From an uncultured Gammaproteobacteria bacterium (lineage in GTDB: Bacteria; Pseudomonadota; Gammaproteobacteria; UBA9214), in the NCBI GenBank assembly GCA_963773065.1, contig CAVYZN010000005.1, positions 64,001 to 128,000 of the forward strand: a DNA stretch of 64,000 nucleotides, written 5' to 3'. Numbering within the stretch: the stretch's first letter is position 1; each line of letters begins with the position of its first letter. A program made the translations under genes and the position numbers. The notes under the pieces were generated by a model. That model made no database searches and was not told the origin of the DNA. It worked only from the letters and a program-made list of their open reading frames with translations. Shown here in pieces: positions 1 to 9,390 of the stretch.

Positions 1-468
1 CAACATGCCGGCCCCATAGTGATCCAGCAAGGCTCCGAGTCCCGCGACCGTCAGGATGAAACCGACGGAACCCCATAATCGAATGCGGCTGTAACGCCTG
101 GTCTCACTGCCCAGGTGATTCATCGTCGTGGCCTCGAACTGTGGCAGCGAGGCATTCCAGAAAAAACTGAACACCGACATGACCAGGGCCAGCCACCAAT
201 AGCCGGTGCCGGCAAAAACCCCGGCAAAGGTCACCGCAGCCAGCAAGCAGGCCACGCGCACAATGGCGATGCGTCGACCGGTGTGGTCGGCGATCCAGCC
301 CCAGACGTTGGGCGCGACGATCTTGGTTGCCATCAGGATGGCGGTCAGTTGCCCGATCTCGGTGACGCTGAAATCCAGCGACTTGAGGTAGAGGTTCCAG
401 TAGGGAACCAGTGCCCCGAGGGCAGCGAAATAAAACAAATAGAAGCCGGACAGCCGCCAGTAGTTCAT
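1..468 (-). CDS. MFS transporter (partial, runs off window start)
   Basis: Manual translation from ATG at 468: MNYWRLSGFYLFYFAALGALVPYW...WGWIADHTGRR (MFS motif A)...YSRIRLWGSVGF; directly downstream of aroC. Confidence 0.85.
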   Translation of the reverse strand, partial: MNYWRLSGFYLFYFAALGALVPYWNLYLKSLDFSVTEIGQLTAILMATKIVAPNVWGWIADHTGRRIAIVRVACLLAAVTFAGVFAGTGYWWLALVMSVFSFFWNASLPQFEATTMNHLGSETRRYSRIRLWGSVGFILTVAGLGALLDHYGAGML

Positions 469-520
469 GCCGGGGTAAAATCGGTGAGCGGGTGGAGGAT
501 TCTGTGCCGGCCCGGCAGAG

Positions 521-1624
521 TTATTCCCGCGCCCTTGCGGGTATGACCGGCGTATCCGATACGACATGCTGGTTCTGGGCGCGGTGCCGCAGCAGGTGAT
601 CCATCAGCACTATCGCCAGCATGGCTTCGGCTATCGGCGTGGCGCGGATGCCGACACACGGGTCGTGCCGTCCAGTGGTAATGATTTTGACGGGCTCGCC
701 CTTGATATTCACGGTTTGGGCCGGCAGGCGGATACTCGAGGTGGGTTTCAGCGCAATACTGACGACGATATCCTGCCCGCTGGAAATGCCGCCCAGCACG
801 CCGCCCGCGTTATTGCCAAGGAAGCCCTGCGGGGTGATCTCGTCACGGTGTTCGCTGCCCTTCTGTGCAATGCAGGTGAAACCGGCGCCAATTTCAACAC
901 CCTTCACGGCATTGATGCTCATCAGAGCGTGGGCGATATCGGCATCCAGCCGGTCGAAAACCGGCTCCCCCAATCCGGGCGGAACACCGCTGGCAACTAC
1001 GTTGATCCGGGCGCCGATCGAGTCGCCTTCCTTGCGTAGCGCATCCATGTAGTGCTCCAACTCCGCCACACGGGAAGGATCGGGACAGAAGAACGGGTTG
1101 GCATCTATCGCGTCCCAGTCTTTGATATCGAGCTGGATCGGCCCGAGTTGGGCAAGATAGCCGCGTATGCGGACACCGCAGCGTTCGCGCAGGTATTTCC
1201 TGGCGATGGCGCCGGCGGCCACGCGCATCGCGGTTTCCCTAGCCGATGAACGCCCGCCGCCGCGGTAGTCACGAAAGCCGTATTTTTGCTGGTAGGTGTA
1301 ATCCGCATGGCCGGGACGGAACCGGTCCATGATCCTGGCATAGTCCTTTGAGCGTTGATCGGTGTTCAGTATCAGCAAACCGATCGGGGTGCCCGTCGTC
1401 CTGCCATCGAAAACACCGGAGAGTATCTGCACCTCGTCCGCCTCCCGCCGTTGGGTGGTATGCCGCGATTTGCCGGGTCTGCGGCGGTCCAGATCGTGCT
1501 GCAGGTCCTGCCCGGTGAGTTCCATACCCGGCGGGCAGCCATCGACGATACAACCCAGTGCCGGGCCGTGACTCTCCCCGAAGCTGGTCACCGTGAACAG
1601 TTTTCCGAAGCTGTTTCCTGACAT
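521..1624 (-). CDS. aroC: Chorismate synthase
   Basis: [25 protein letters not shown] motifs; 367 aa. Confidence 0.98.
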   Translation of the reverse strand: MSGNSFGKLFTVTSFGESHGPALGCIVDGCPPGMELTGQDLQHDLDRRRPGKSRHTTQRREADEVQILSGVFDGRTTGTPIGLLILNTDQRSKDYARIMDRFRPGHADYTYQQKYGFRDYRGGGRSSARETAMRVAAGAIARKYLRERCGVRIRGYLAQLGPIQLDIKDWDAIDANPFFCPDPSRVAELEHYMDALRKEGDSIGARINVVASGVPPGLGEPVFDRLDADIAHALMSINAVKGVEIGAGFTCIAQKGSEHRDEITPQGFLGNNAGGVLGGISSGQDIVVSIALKPTSSIRLPAQTVNIKGEPVKIITTGRHDPCVGIRATPIAEAMLAIVLMDHLLRHRAQNQHVVSDTPVIPARARE

Positions 1625-1682
1625 GCGCCTATTGTAACGGGTTACTAAACAAGCGTCCCCTGTTTCCTGATGGCGCTGGTGT

Positions 1683-1709
1683 TAAAGGCCCAACCGTTTC
1701 GTCCGATAT
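1683..1709 (+). promoter_or_regulatory. Sigma28 (FliA)-type promoter
   Basis: TAAA-N15-TCCGATAT, exact spacing versus consensus TAAA-N15-GCCGATAA, about 40 bp before ORF 1751. Confidence 0.65.
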
Positions 1710-1750
1710 GAGCTATGCGGTAAACGCATATCGGACACCAGGAGACAGAC

Positions 1751-1948
1751 ATGGCGCAATCTGCAACCCAATCCACCCGGATCGGCAAGTACCTCGGTCA
1801 ACCCATCTACAAGACCATCCAGTCACACAATGGAACCTATGTGTTCGACCGGATCGCCAGGAATATCGATGGCGAATTTCCTCTCGACCAGTTGAACAAG
1901 GATGAGCTATTGATAAAGCCCGGACTCATTTACCGCGCCATGCGTTAG
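1751..1948 (+). CDS. Small hypothetical protein (65 aa)
   Basis: AGGAGA RBS, intergenic placement, upstream promoter. Confidence 0.75.
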   Translation: MAQSATQSTRIGKYLGQPIYKTIQSHNGTYVFDRIARNIDGEFPLDQLNKDELLIKPGLIYRAMR

Positions 1949-2001
1949 CGCTACACACACCGGTCTGCTGGCCGGACAGAATAGGGTCGTAGGAGGTCAG
2001 G

Positions 2002-2319
2002 TCAGTCCTCAGGAAGGTCGAGTCCCTGCTTGTGCGTCTGGTTGATCCGGTAAAACAGCCTGATAAACGGCAGCGCTTTCTCGTTGCTTCTCCTCACCAG
2101 GCGCATGAACGGCAGGTCCTCCCGACCGAACAGATAGCTGCCGTCCGCCAACGATACACGCAGTTCCCGAACCTCCTTCAGCAGAACATCCAGGTAGGCC
2201 GGATTGCCCTCGACGTCATCGATATCGAAGGCCGTCGACGCCTGCAGTTCTTCGAGATCAAATATCACCTGATCGACCAGATCTACGTATTCCTGCGCCG
2301 TCTTTGCCCTTTCAGCCAT
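2002..2319 (-). CDS. Conserved hypothetical helical protein
   Basis: MAERAKTAQEY... overlaps the prmB stop; acidic, globular composition. Confidence 0.75.
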   Translation of the reverse strand: MAERAKTAQEYVDLVDQVIFDLEELQASTAFDIDDVEGNPAYLDVLLKEVRELRVSLADGSYLFGREDLPFMRLVRRSNEKALPFIRLFYRINQTHKQGLDLPED

Positions 2320-3268
2320 TGTCAGTAGACCTCGCATTCCTACCCGTCAGGCCGAGGCGCTCTGCCGCCACGCGATCAAAGTCCTGCTGATGCCGCTTCA
2401 ACTGAGTCTGTTCCAGCAAGAACACCCCCTCCCCGCCATGTTCGAAATCAAGCCAGAGAAACGGGATATCGGGGTACTGCCCGACCAGTGCCTGCTGGCT
2501 GCAGCCCACCTCCACGACGAGTATCCCGTAATCCCTAAGATGCCGGGAGGCATGTTTAAGTATCTGCACCACAACATCGAGTCCATCCTCCCCCGCCGAT
2601 AGGCCAAGCAGCGGCTCATGGTGAAACTCGTGTGGCAATTGTTGCACTTCCTCATGTGATACATAAGGGGGATTAGAGACTATCAGGTCAAATCGCCGTT
2701 CACCAATGCGCTCGAAAAGACTGCTTTCCAGCAGTTGCACGCGCTGCGTAAGCCCATGGCGGTTGATATTTTCCCTGGCAACGGCCAGGGCATCGGCGGA
2801 TATATCCGTTGCGAGCACGCGAGCATCCGGGAATGCATAGGCGCAGGCGATGGCGATACAGCCGCTGCCGGTACACAGGTCGAGTACGCTGCCGATCCGC
2901 TCCGGCACCACCCAGGGCGAAAACCGGTTTGCAATCAGTTCGGCTATCGGGGAACGCGGCACCAGCACGCGCTCATCCACGTAAAAGGGCAATCCGGCAA
3001 ACCAGGCTTCATGGATGAGATAGGCGGCGGGTTTGCGGGTGGAAACGCGGGACTCGATGAGATGCATAACCTGTTGGCGCTCGGTTTCATTCAGCACGGC
3101 ATCGAGGTAGTCATCGGGCAGGTCCCTACCGAGATGCAGCGCATGCATCACCAATGCCGCCGACTCATCCAAGGCATTATCCGTGCCGTGGCCGAATACC
3201 AGACCGGCCTCTCCAAACCGGCTGGCTCCCCAGCGTATGAAATCCCGTACGGTAGTGAGTGATTTCAT
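2312..3268 (-). CDS. prmB: Ribosomal protein L3 N5-glutamine methyltransferase
   Basis: FGHGTDNA, VLVPRSPIAE, LDLCTGSGCIA, NPPY motifs; upstream of aroC. Confidence 0.95.
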   Translation of the reverse strand: MKSLTTVRDFIRWGASRFGEAGLVFGHGTDNALDESAALVMHALHLGRDLPDDYLDAVLNETERQQVMHLIESRVSTRKPAAYLIHEAWFAGLPFYVDERVLVPRSPIAELIANRFSPWVVPERIGSVLDLCTGSGCIAIACAYAFPDARVLATDISADALAVARENINRHGLTQRVQLLESSLFERIGERRFDLIVSNPPYVSHEEVQQLPHEFHHEPLLGLSAGEDGLDVVVQILKHASRHLRDYGILVVEVGCSQQALVGQYPDIPFLWLDFEHGGEGVFLLEQTQLKRHQQDFDRVAAERLGLTGRNARSTDNG

Positions 3269-3383
3269 GCGGCTCCTTGGCGCATGGGACTGCGGCGATG
3301 CACAGCGTCGATCATGCCAGATACTTTTCTTTTCAATCGCATAATGATGAAGCCGGGGCGGCTATGTGGAATAATGTGCCACC

Positions 3384-4031
3384 ATGTCCGCATCCGGCAA
3401 ATCATCAACACTACGCCATGGCGTCATTTTGCTGGCCGTCTCCGCCTTCGCCCTCTCCGCCGGGTACTGGGTAGCCGATAGCTTCCTGGTCACACCACCG
3501 GACCTGTCCGGTCTGCACGGCACGGTATTCGGCAAACCGCGCGACATCGGATCTTTTAAGCTCGCCGATCATACAGGAAAGACCTTTGACAACCGCGCCC
3601 TGCAGGGCCGCTGGTCGTTTGTCTTCTTTGGATATACCCATTGTCCCGACGTCTGTCCGACAACCCTGTCCGTGCTGAACAGCGTCGCCCGCAAGCTGAA
3701 AGATCATGAAAATGACGTGCAATTCGTATTCATCACCGTCGATCCCGAGCGGGATACGCCTGAGAAACTGGGCCAATTCGTTTCCTACTTCAACGGTGCA
3801 TTTATCGGCGTCACCGGCAGCAACGCGGCGATCAGCGAACTCACCCGGCAACTGGGTGTCATCTTCGCGCGCGTCACCGACAATGCCGGAGCGGACAATT
3901 ACCTGATGGACCATACTGCCAGTGTATTGCTGTTCGACCCCGCCGGCCGGTTCCATGCCGTATTCTCACCGCCCCTCAATGCGGCCGACATCACGGATGA
4001 CTTCGGCAGAATCTCACAGGCTTACCGATAA
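3384..4031 (+). CDS. SCO1/SenC copper chaperone
   Basis: N-terminal TM, FGYTHCPDVCP, DPERDT, conserved His in MDHTA. Confidence 0.93.
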   Translation: MSASGKSSTLRHGVILLAVSAFALSAGYWVADSFLVTPPDLSGLHGTVFGKPRDIGSFKLADHTGKTFDNRALQGRWSFVFFGYTHCPDVCPTTLSVLNSVARKLKDHENDVQFVFITVDPERDTPEKLGQFVSYFNGAFIGVTGSNAAISELTRQLGVIFARVTDNAGADNYLMDHTASVLLFDPAGRFHAVFSPPLNAADITDDFGRISQAYR

Positions 4032-4034
4032 TCC

Positions 4035-4493
4035 ATGAGACCCTTGGTTGCCGCCCTCCCCGCCTCCCTCGGCCTGCTGCTGTCCTTCGCGCTCGCAGCG
4101 GACGTGACGCTGGAAGTGCGGGAACCCTGGATCAGGGAGGCGCCGCCGGCGACCAGTGTACTGGCTGCCTATATGATCATCCACAACGAGGGTGACTCCC
4201 CGGCCGAAATCACGTCCATCACGAGTCCTGAATTTGACCACACCGAGCTGCACCGCACGATGGTCGAATCCGGTGTCGCGAGGATGATCCCTGTGGAGAA
4301 GCTCCAGATTCCCGCCGGAAGCGAGATCTCCCTGGAGCCTGGCGGTATGCATCTGATGCTGTTCAACCCGCGGCGCTTGCTCCGTGAAGGCGATAGCGTG
4401 ACCCTTGTCATCCATCGCGCCGACGGGTTTTGTAACACCTATACGATACCCGTGATACGCGCGGCCGCTGATGCCGGCCATCAACACCAGTAG
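4035..4493 (+). CDS. Periplasmic copper chaperone PCu(A)C
   Basis: Signal peptide, ELH..M..RM, LEPGGMHLML. Confidence 0.92.
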   Translation: MRPLVAALPASLGLLLSFALAADVTLEVREPWIREAPPATSVLAAYMIIHNEGDSPAEITSITSPEFDHTELHRTMVESGVARMIPVEKLQIPAGSEISLEPGGMHLMLFNPRRLLREGDSVTLVIHRADGFCNTYTIPVIRAAADAGHQHQ

Positions 4494-4516
4494 ACCCGTC
4501 AGCCATCCTCGAACCG

Positions 4517-5398
4517 ATGCCCTTTTGCAACCTCAGCGATTGGCTGAAATCCTGGCCGCTGGCCGTCCTTCCGCATCATCTGCTTTCCCGGCTGGTGCGC
4601 TCCGCCACGCGCTGGCGGGTACGCTGGTGGAAAAATCTGCTCATCAACCGGTTCATCCGGCATTTCGACGTGGACATGTCGGAGGCGGCGGAAACATCCC
4701 CCGCGCACTATCCGGATTTCAACAGCTTCTTTACGCGGGCCCTGAAACCCGGCGTCCGTCCGCAACCCGGGCAACTCCGGGCTATCGCCAGCCCGGTGGA
4801 TGGCCGTATCAGCCAGATCGGGCGCATCTCTGACGGGCGCCTGTTTCAGGCGAAGGGCCGGGACTTTTCCCTGGTTGATCTGCTGGGTGGAGACACCGGC
4901 CGGTCTGCCGGCTTCCAGGAGGGGGAGTTTGCGACGCTGTACCTTGCACCGCGCGATTACCATCGCGTTCACATGCCGTGCGATGCGCGGCTGACCGAGA
5001 CCGTCTATATTCCCGGCCGCCTCTTCAGCGTCGCGCCCCATACCACGCGGACCATTCCCGGACTATTCACCCGGAATGAACGCCTGGCCGCGCTGTTCGA
5101 AACCCCTGCGGGGCCGATGGCCATGGTGCTGGTCGGCGCCATTTTCGTGGCTTGCATGGAAACCGTCTGGGAAGGCGTCATTCGACCTGCCGGCAGAGGG
5201 ATCCGGGTCCGGAGATTTCCCGGCGAGGGCGGCCTGCAGCGGCGGTTCACCCGCGGCGATGAGATCGGCCGGTTCAACATGGGCTCGACCGTCATTCTGC
5301 TGTACGGACCGGGCCAGGCGCAATGGAACCCGGACCTATCAGCCGACCAGTCGGTACGAATTGGCCAGACTCTGGGGAGTATTTCCTCGGGTCCCTGA
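4517..5398 (+). CDS. psd: Phosphatidylserine decarboxylase proenzyme
   Basis: FNSFFTRAL, SPVDG, YLAPRDYHRVH, FNMGST cleavage motif. Confidence 0.95.
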   Translation: MPFCNLSDWLKSWPLAVLPHHLLSRLVRSATRWRVRWWKNLLINRFIRHFDVDMSEAAETSPAHYPDFNSFFTRALKPGVRPQPGQLRAIASPVDGRISQIGRISDGRLFQAKGRDFSLVDLLGGDTGRSAGFQEGEFATLYLAPRDYHRVHMPCDARLTETVYIPGRLFSVAPHTTRTIPGLFTRNERLAALFETPAGPMAMVLVGAIFVACMETVWEGVIRPAGRGIRVRRFPGEGGLQRRFTRGDEIGRFNMGSTVILLYGPGQAQWNPDLSADQSVRIGQTLGSISSGP

Positions 5399-5471
5399 CC
5401 CTCCGCCTTTCCTGTTAACCTTTTTTCCGGTTCCGCGTTAGCAATATATGCATCACCAAGGAACTGCGACC

Positions 5472-5825
5472 ATGCTTCTTCGAAGCTCAATTCTCACCGC
5501 TCTGCAGGCCTCAGGCTTGTCGTTCAAACATTCCCCTCCGGCCGCGGCAGGCGATGACTACTTCCCGTACTCCTACCAGGGAAGAGACTGGGGACACGAA
5601 TACCACCGCAAGCATTACTGCGCATGGTCAAGTTGCCGTCACTACCCTGACGGCCGTCGCCAGTACTACGGGCATCGAAATGGGCATGATTACGGCCTTT
5701 ACAAACAGCGGGGTTATTACGGTTATCCGGTACTCCCTGACAGAAACAGACATGACTATGGCAGGCATGATGATGACAATCAGGCAAAATCCCCTAACGG
5801 AATTGGTTATACTGGGCATCGGTAA
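5472..5825 (+). CDS. His/Tyr/Arg/Gly-rich small hypothetical protein
   Basis: Biased composition (YYGHRNGHDYG...); start uncertain (5448 or 5472). Confidence 0.45.
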   Translation: MLLRSSILTALQASGLSFKHSPPAAAGDDYFPYSYQGRDWGHEYHRKHYCAWSSCRHYPDGRRQYYGHRNGHDYGLYKQRGYYGYPVLPDRNRHDYGRHDDDNQAKSPNGIGYTGHR

Positions 5826-5931
5826 TGCCTCGGCTCGCCAATCTGCAGGGCAGATCGCTCTGGCGGGGCCTGCCCGCGGCGCGCTGACGGGCAGCGTCAC
5901 TATGATGCTTGCCGTGTCAGCCATTGACGTA

Positions 5932-6549
5932 ATGGATGCCATAACGAACACGGGATTCGCCTTGCAGGCCAACAGTCAGAGCAATCAGGAATTGGATAAA
6001 TTCTTCGCCAGTCACGGGGATAATGCCTACTATGTTGCCTATGCGGCGTTGTGGCACCATGAAACCGCCATGGATGTGGTTCAGGACAGCATGCTGCGGC
6101 TGGTCGAATATTACCGGGACAAGCCCCCCGGACAATGGCCTGCGCTGTTCCGAACCATCCTGAACAGCCGGATAAACGACGTCAGGCGCAGGCGTCTCAT
6201 CGAACAGGGAAAACACAAGCTGGTTTCGTTCACCGGCCTGTTTCGCAAGGACCATGAAGACCCCAACAGCATGGAAGAGGCCGATCTTCCGGCCGACGAA
6301 CGGGACGATGACATAACGGCGCCCGAAGTCGAGATGGTCGCCGCCCAACTGCGGCAAAAGGTGTCCGAAGCCTTACAATATCTGTCGGAGCGGCAACGGC
6401 AGGTCTTCGTGCTCAGGGAATGGCGCGGCATGACGACCCAGGAAACGGCCTTGACGCTCGGCTGCTCGGAAAACAGCGTGAAACAGCATCACTTTCGCGC
6501 ACTGCGCGAACTACGCAAACTTCTGGCGGAGGTATGGGACTATGCATGA
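5932..6549 (+). CDS. ECF sigma-70 factor
   Basis: Region 2 (AMDVVQDSMLRL...FRTILNSRIND) and region 4 (LSERQRQVFVLREWRGMT..ETA..LGCS..SVKQH..RA); true start is downstream of the ORF-track start 5554. Confidence 0.92.
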   Translation: MDAITNTGFALQANSQSNQELDKFFASHGDNAYYVAYAALWHHETAMDVVQDSMLRLVEYYRDKPPGQWPALFRTILNSRINDVRRRRLIEQGKHKLVSFTGLFRKDHEDPNSMEEADLPADERDDDITAPEVEMVAAQLRQKVSEALQYLSERQRQVFVLREWRGMTTQETALTLGCSENSVKQHHFRALRELRKLLAEVWDYA

Positions 6550-7159
6550 ACAAGCACATCCTGATACAGAATTGCTTGACCGCTTGCGTGCCGGCCTGCT
6601 GGATGACAACATCGACGCCAAGGCGCGGCTGGAAAACCACCTTGCCGCCTGTCCGCGATGCCGCGGCCAGTTGCACGCCTGGGAGCATCTGGGCCTGGAT
6701 GCGCTGGGAGCATGGCCGGTACCGGAGGGCAAACTCTCCGCCGGCCTGAAACAGGCCCGCCAGCGCGCCATGACAGCCGGCCGGCATCGCCGTATCCTCG
6801 GATACCCGGTGCTCGCGACTGCCGCCATGCTGCTCATCGCCGTGTCGGCCGGACTCTGGACGCTGCGCCATGAGTTCATGGACACGCCGCAAATGGCGGC
6901 CCGGACCACCGAGGAAGTCCCGGATCTCTATGAAGACCTCGATTTCTATCTGTGGATGGCCAACCAAGGCGACGACAAGATGCATGAAGAGAACGGCAAC
7001 GGCGATTCCAAGGCGGAACAGAACCTGAGCCATGAAACCGAAATTTCCCGCCATTGCCATCCTGCTGTTCGGGGTCTTGACCACCGTGTTGGTTCCGAGC
7101 GTGGGGCTGTCCAGGGATCGCGGCAATGGCGACGATCAACAGGCGCAATCGACCCGTGA
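6542..7159 (+). CDS. Zinc-binding (zf-HC2/ZAS) transmembrane anti-sigma factor
   Basis: HLAACPRC motif, single TM, EDLDFYLWM tail; overlap with the next gene suggests the real end is near 7030. Confidence 0.85.
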   Translation: MHEQAHPDTELLDRLRAGLLDDNIDAKARLENHLAACPRCRGQLHAWEHLGLDALGAWPVPEGKLSAGLKQARQRAMTAGRHRRILGYPVLATAAMLLIAVSAGLWTLRHEFMDTPQMAARTTEEVPDLYEDLDFYLWMANQGDDKMHEENGNGDSKAEQNLSHETEISRHCHPAVRGLDHRVGSERGAVQGSRQWRRSTGAIDP

Positions 7160-7400
7160 GGGGGGTGTACCTTGGGGCGCCCTGTCCGGTGATGAACAGA
7201 CAACATTGAAGGATCATCACCGCAACTGGACGGGTTATTCGCCGGCGGAGCAGAAAAAACTGCGCCAGGGCGCCCGCCGCTACCTCGAACTTCCCCCCGG
7301 GGAACGCGACGCCGTCAAACGCAAGCAGCAGCAGTACCAGAACATGTCGCCCCAGGAACGCCAGCAGTTGCGCGAGAAATACCGCAAGCAACGGGACTGA
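7032..7400 (+). CDS. Exported DUF3106-like protein
   Basis: Signal peptide plus repeated W/Y..LSP.EQ/R..LR helices; third gene of the ECF cassette. Confidence 0.8.
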   Translation: MKPKFPAIAILLFGVLTTVLVPSVGLSRDRGNGDDQQAQSTREGGVPWGALSGDEQTTLKDHHRNWTGYSPAEQKKLRQGARRYLELPPGERDAVKRKQQQYQNMSPQERQQLREKYRKQRD

Positions 7401-7512
7401 TACGGATACGCTTCCGGGTTGTCCGGCCACCGGTGCATACCGCCAGGGTGGCTACTCTGCTATTCTTTGCGGCCTTTCATTAGCAGGCTCGCCTTCATCG
7501 GGTCAGAACACC

Positions 7513-8326
7513 ATGCAGCCCATGCTGAATATCGCGGTCCGCGCGGCCCGCAGCGCCGGCAATATCATCATCCGGAACCTGGACCGGGTGGATCAGTTGT
7601 CGGTCCAGGCCAAGGAGTGCAATGACTTCGTCAGCGAGGTCGACCGCCAGGCCGAGCAGGAAATTATCCATATCCTGCGTAAGGCGTACCCTGGCCACGG
7701 GATCCTCGCCGAAGAAAGCGGTGCACGACCAGGCGACGGGTATGAATGGGTCATCGACCCACTGGATGGCACCACCAACTACCTGCACGGCTTCCCGCAG
7801 TTTGCGGTTTCCATCGCCCTGCGGCACAAGGGCCGTCTCGAACAGGCCGTGATCTACGACCCGCTCAGGCAGGAACTGTTTACCGCCTCGCGCGGCGCCG
7901 GCTCACATCTGAATGACCGCCGCATCCGCGTCGCCTCACGGCGCACGCTCGATGGCGCATTGCTGGGGACCGGTTTCCCCATCAAGCAACAGCAGCATCT
8001 GGAAGCCTACCTCGGGATGTTCAGGGCATTGTTCCCGCAGACGGCGGGTATCCGCAGGGCCGGTTCGGCCGCACTGGACCTTGCCTATGTCGCGTGCGGA
8101 CGCCTGGATGGTTTCTGGGAAATCGGCCTGAGCGTCTGGGACACGGCGGCCGGTGTGCTGCTGATACAGGAGGCCGGCGGCCTGTCGGGTGATTTGTCCG
8201 GCGGGCACGAGCATCTCGAAAAAGGCAATATCGTCGCCGCGAATCCAAAGCTCTTTCCCGCTGATTCTCAAAGCCATACGCCCCTACGTAAGCGGCACAC
8301 TTGCCGGCGATTCACGTACGGAATAA
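7513..8326 (+). CDS. suhB: Inositol-1-monophosphatase SuhB (C-terminal frameshift near 8255)
   Basis: WVIDPLDGTTN, RRAGSAALDL, WD.AAG; alternate frame ends ...SRTE* at 8326. Confidence 0.93.
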
Positions 8327-8421
8327 TCAACCAGAGCGGCAGGGAAAATACGCGGGAAATACGCCATGCGGCCGGGTTTACAGCCGCAGGGTCGATACCA
8401 CTCCCGCTCAGGGAATGGCGG

Positions 8422-9358
8422 TTACGGCAGGTTGTCGAGCTGCGCGCCTTCCTTCTTAGCCGGCATCATGTCTTTGCGCGATATGCCGAGCCACATGACT
8501 ATCGGGCTTGCCACCAGCACCGAGGAATAAATGCCGAACAGGATGCCGATGGTCAGGGCCAGCGCAAAGTAATGCAGCGTCTCGCCACCGAAGACCAGCA
8601 TGGATAACACGGCAAGCTGCGTGCAGCCGTGCGTAATAACGGTGCGCGACATCGTTCGGGTAATCGCGTTATCGATGATCTGCGGTATGCTGGCCGCGCG
8701 CATCTTGCGGAAATTCTCCCGGATCCGGTCGAACACCACCACCGATTCGTTCACCGAGTAGCCGAGAATGGCGAGTACCGCCGCCAGCACCGTGAGCGAG
8801 AAATCCCACTGAAAAAAAGCGAAGACAACCGAGGATGATGACCACGTCATGCAGGTTGGCAATGATCGCCGCAATACCGAACTTCCACTCGAAGCGGAAC
8901 CAGAGATACACCACGATGCCGATGGACACGAACAGCAGCGCCAGGCCGCCATTCTCGACCAGCTCGCGGCCGACCTGCGGCCCGATAAACTCGGTACGCC
9001 GCAGCTGCGCCGCGGTGTCGGCGCGGTGCAGGACCTCCATCACCGCTTCGGCCAGCTTGGCGCCGCCCGCATCCGCCTTGGCCGGCAGGCGGATCAGCAC
9101 GTCGCGCGAGCCGCCGAAGTTCTGCACCGTGACGTCGGCGTAGCCGCTCTGCTCCACCAGCGAGCGGATCTTCTGCAGATCGGCGGTCTGCGGGTAACTC
9201 ACCTCCATCACCGTGCCTCCGGTGAAGTCCACGCCGAAGTTGAGCCCCTTGGTCACCAGAAAAAATACCGCGAGCAGAAACGTGATCATGGAGATCACGT
9301 TGAACACCAGCGCATGGCGCATGAACGGGATGTCTTTTCGTATCTTGAAGAATTCCAT
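8422..9358 (-). CDS. secF: Protein translocase subunit SecF (frameshift near 8825)
   Basis: NFGVDFTGG, GPQVG.EL, GYSVNESVVVFDRIREN spread over two frames. Confidence 0.93.
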
Positions 9359-9390
9359 GGCGTGCTTATCTCAGCGTCGGATTTTTAAGT

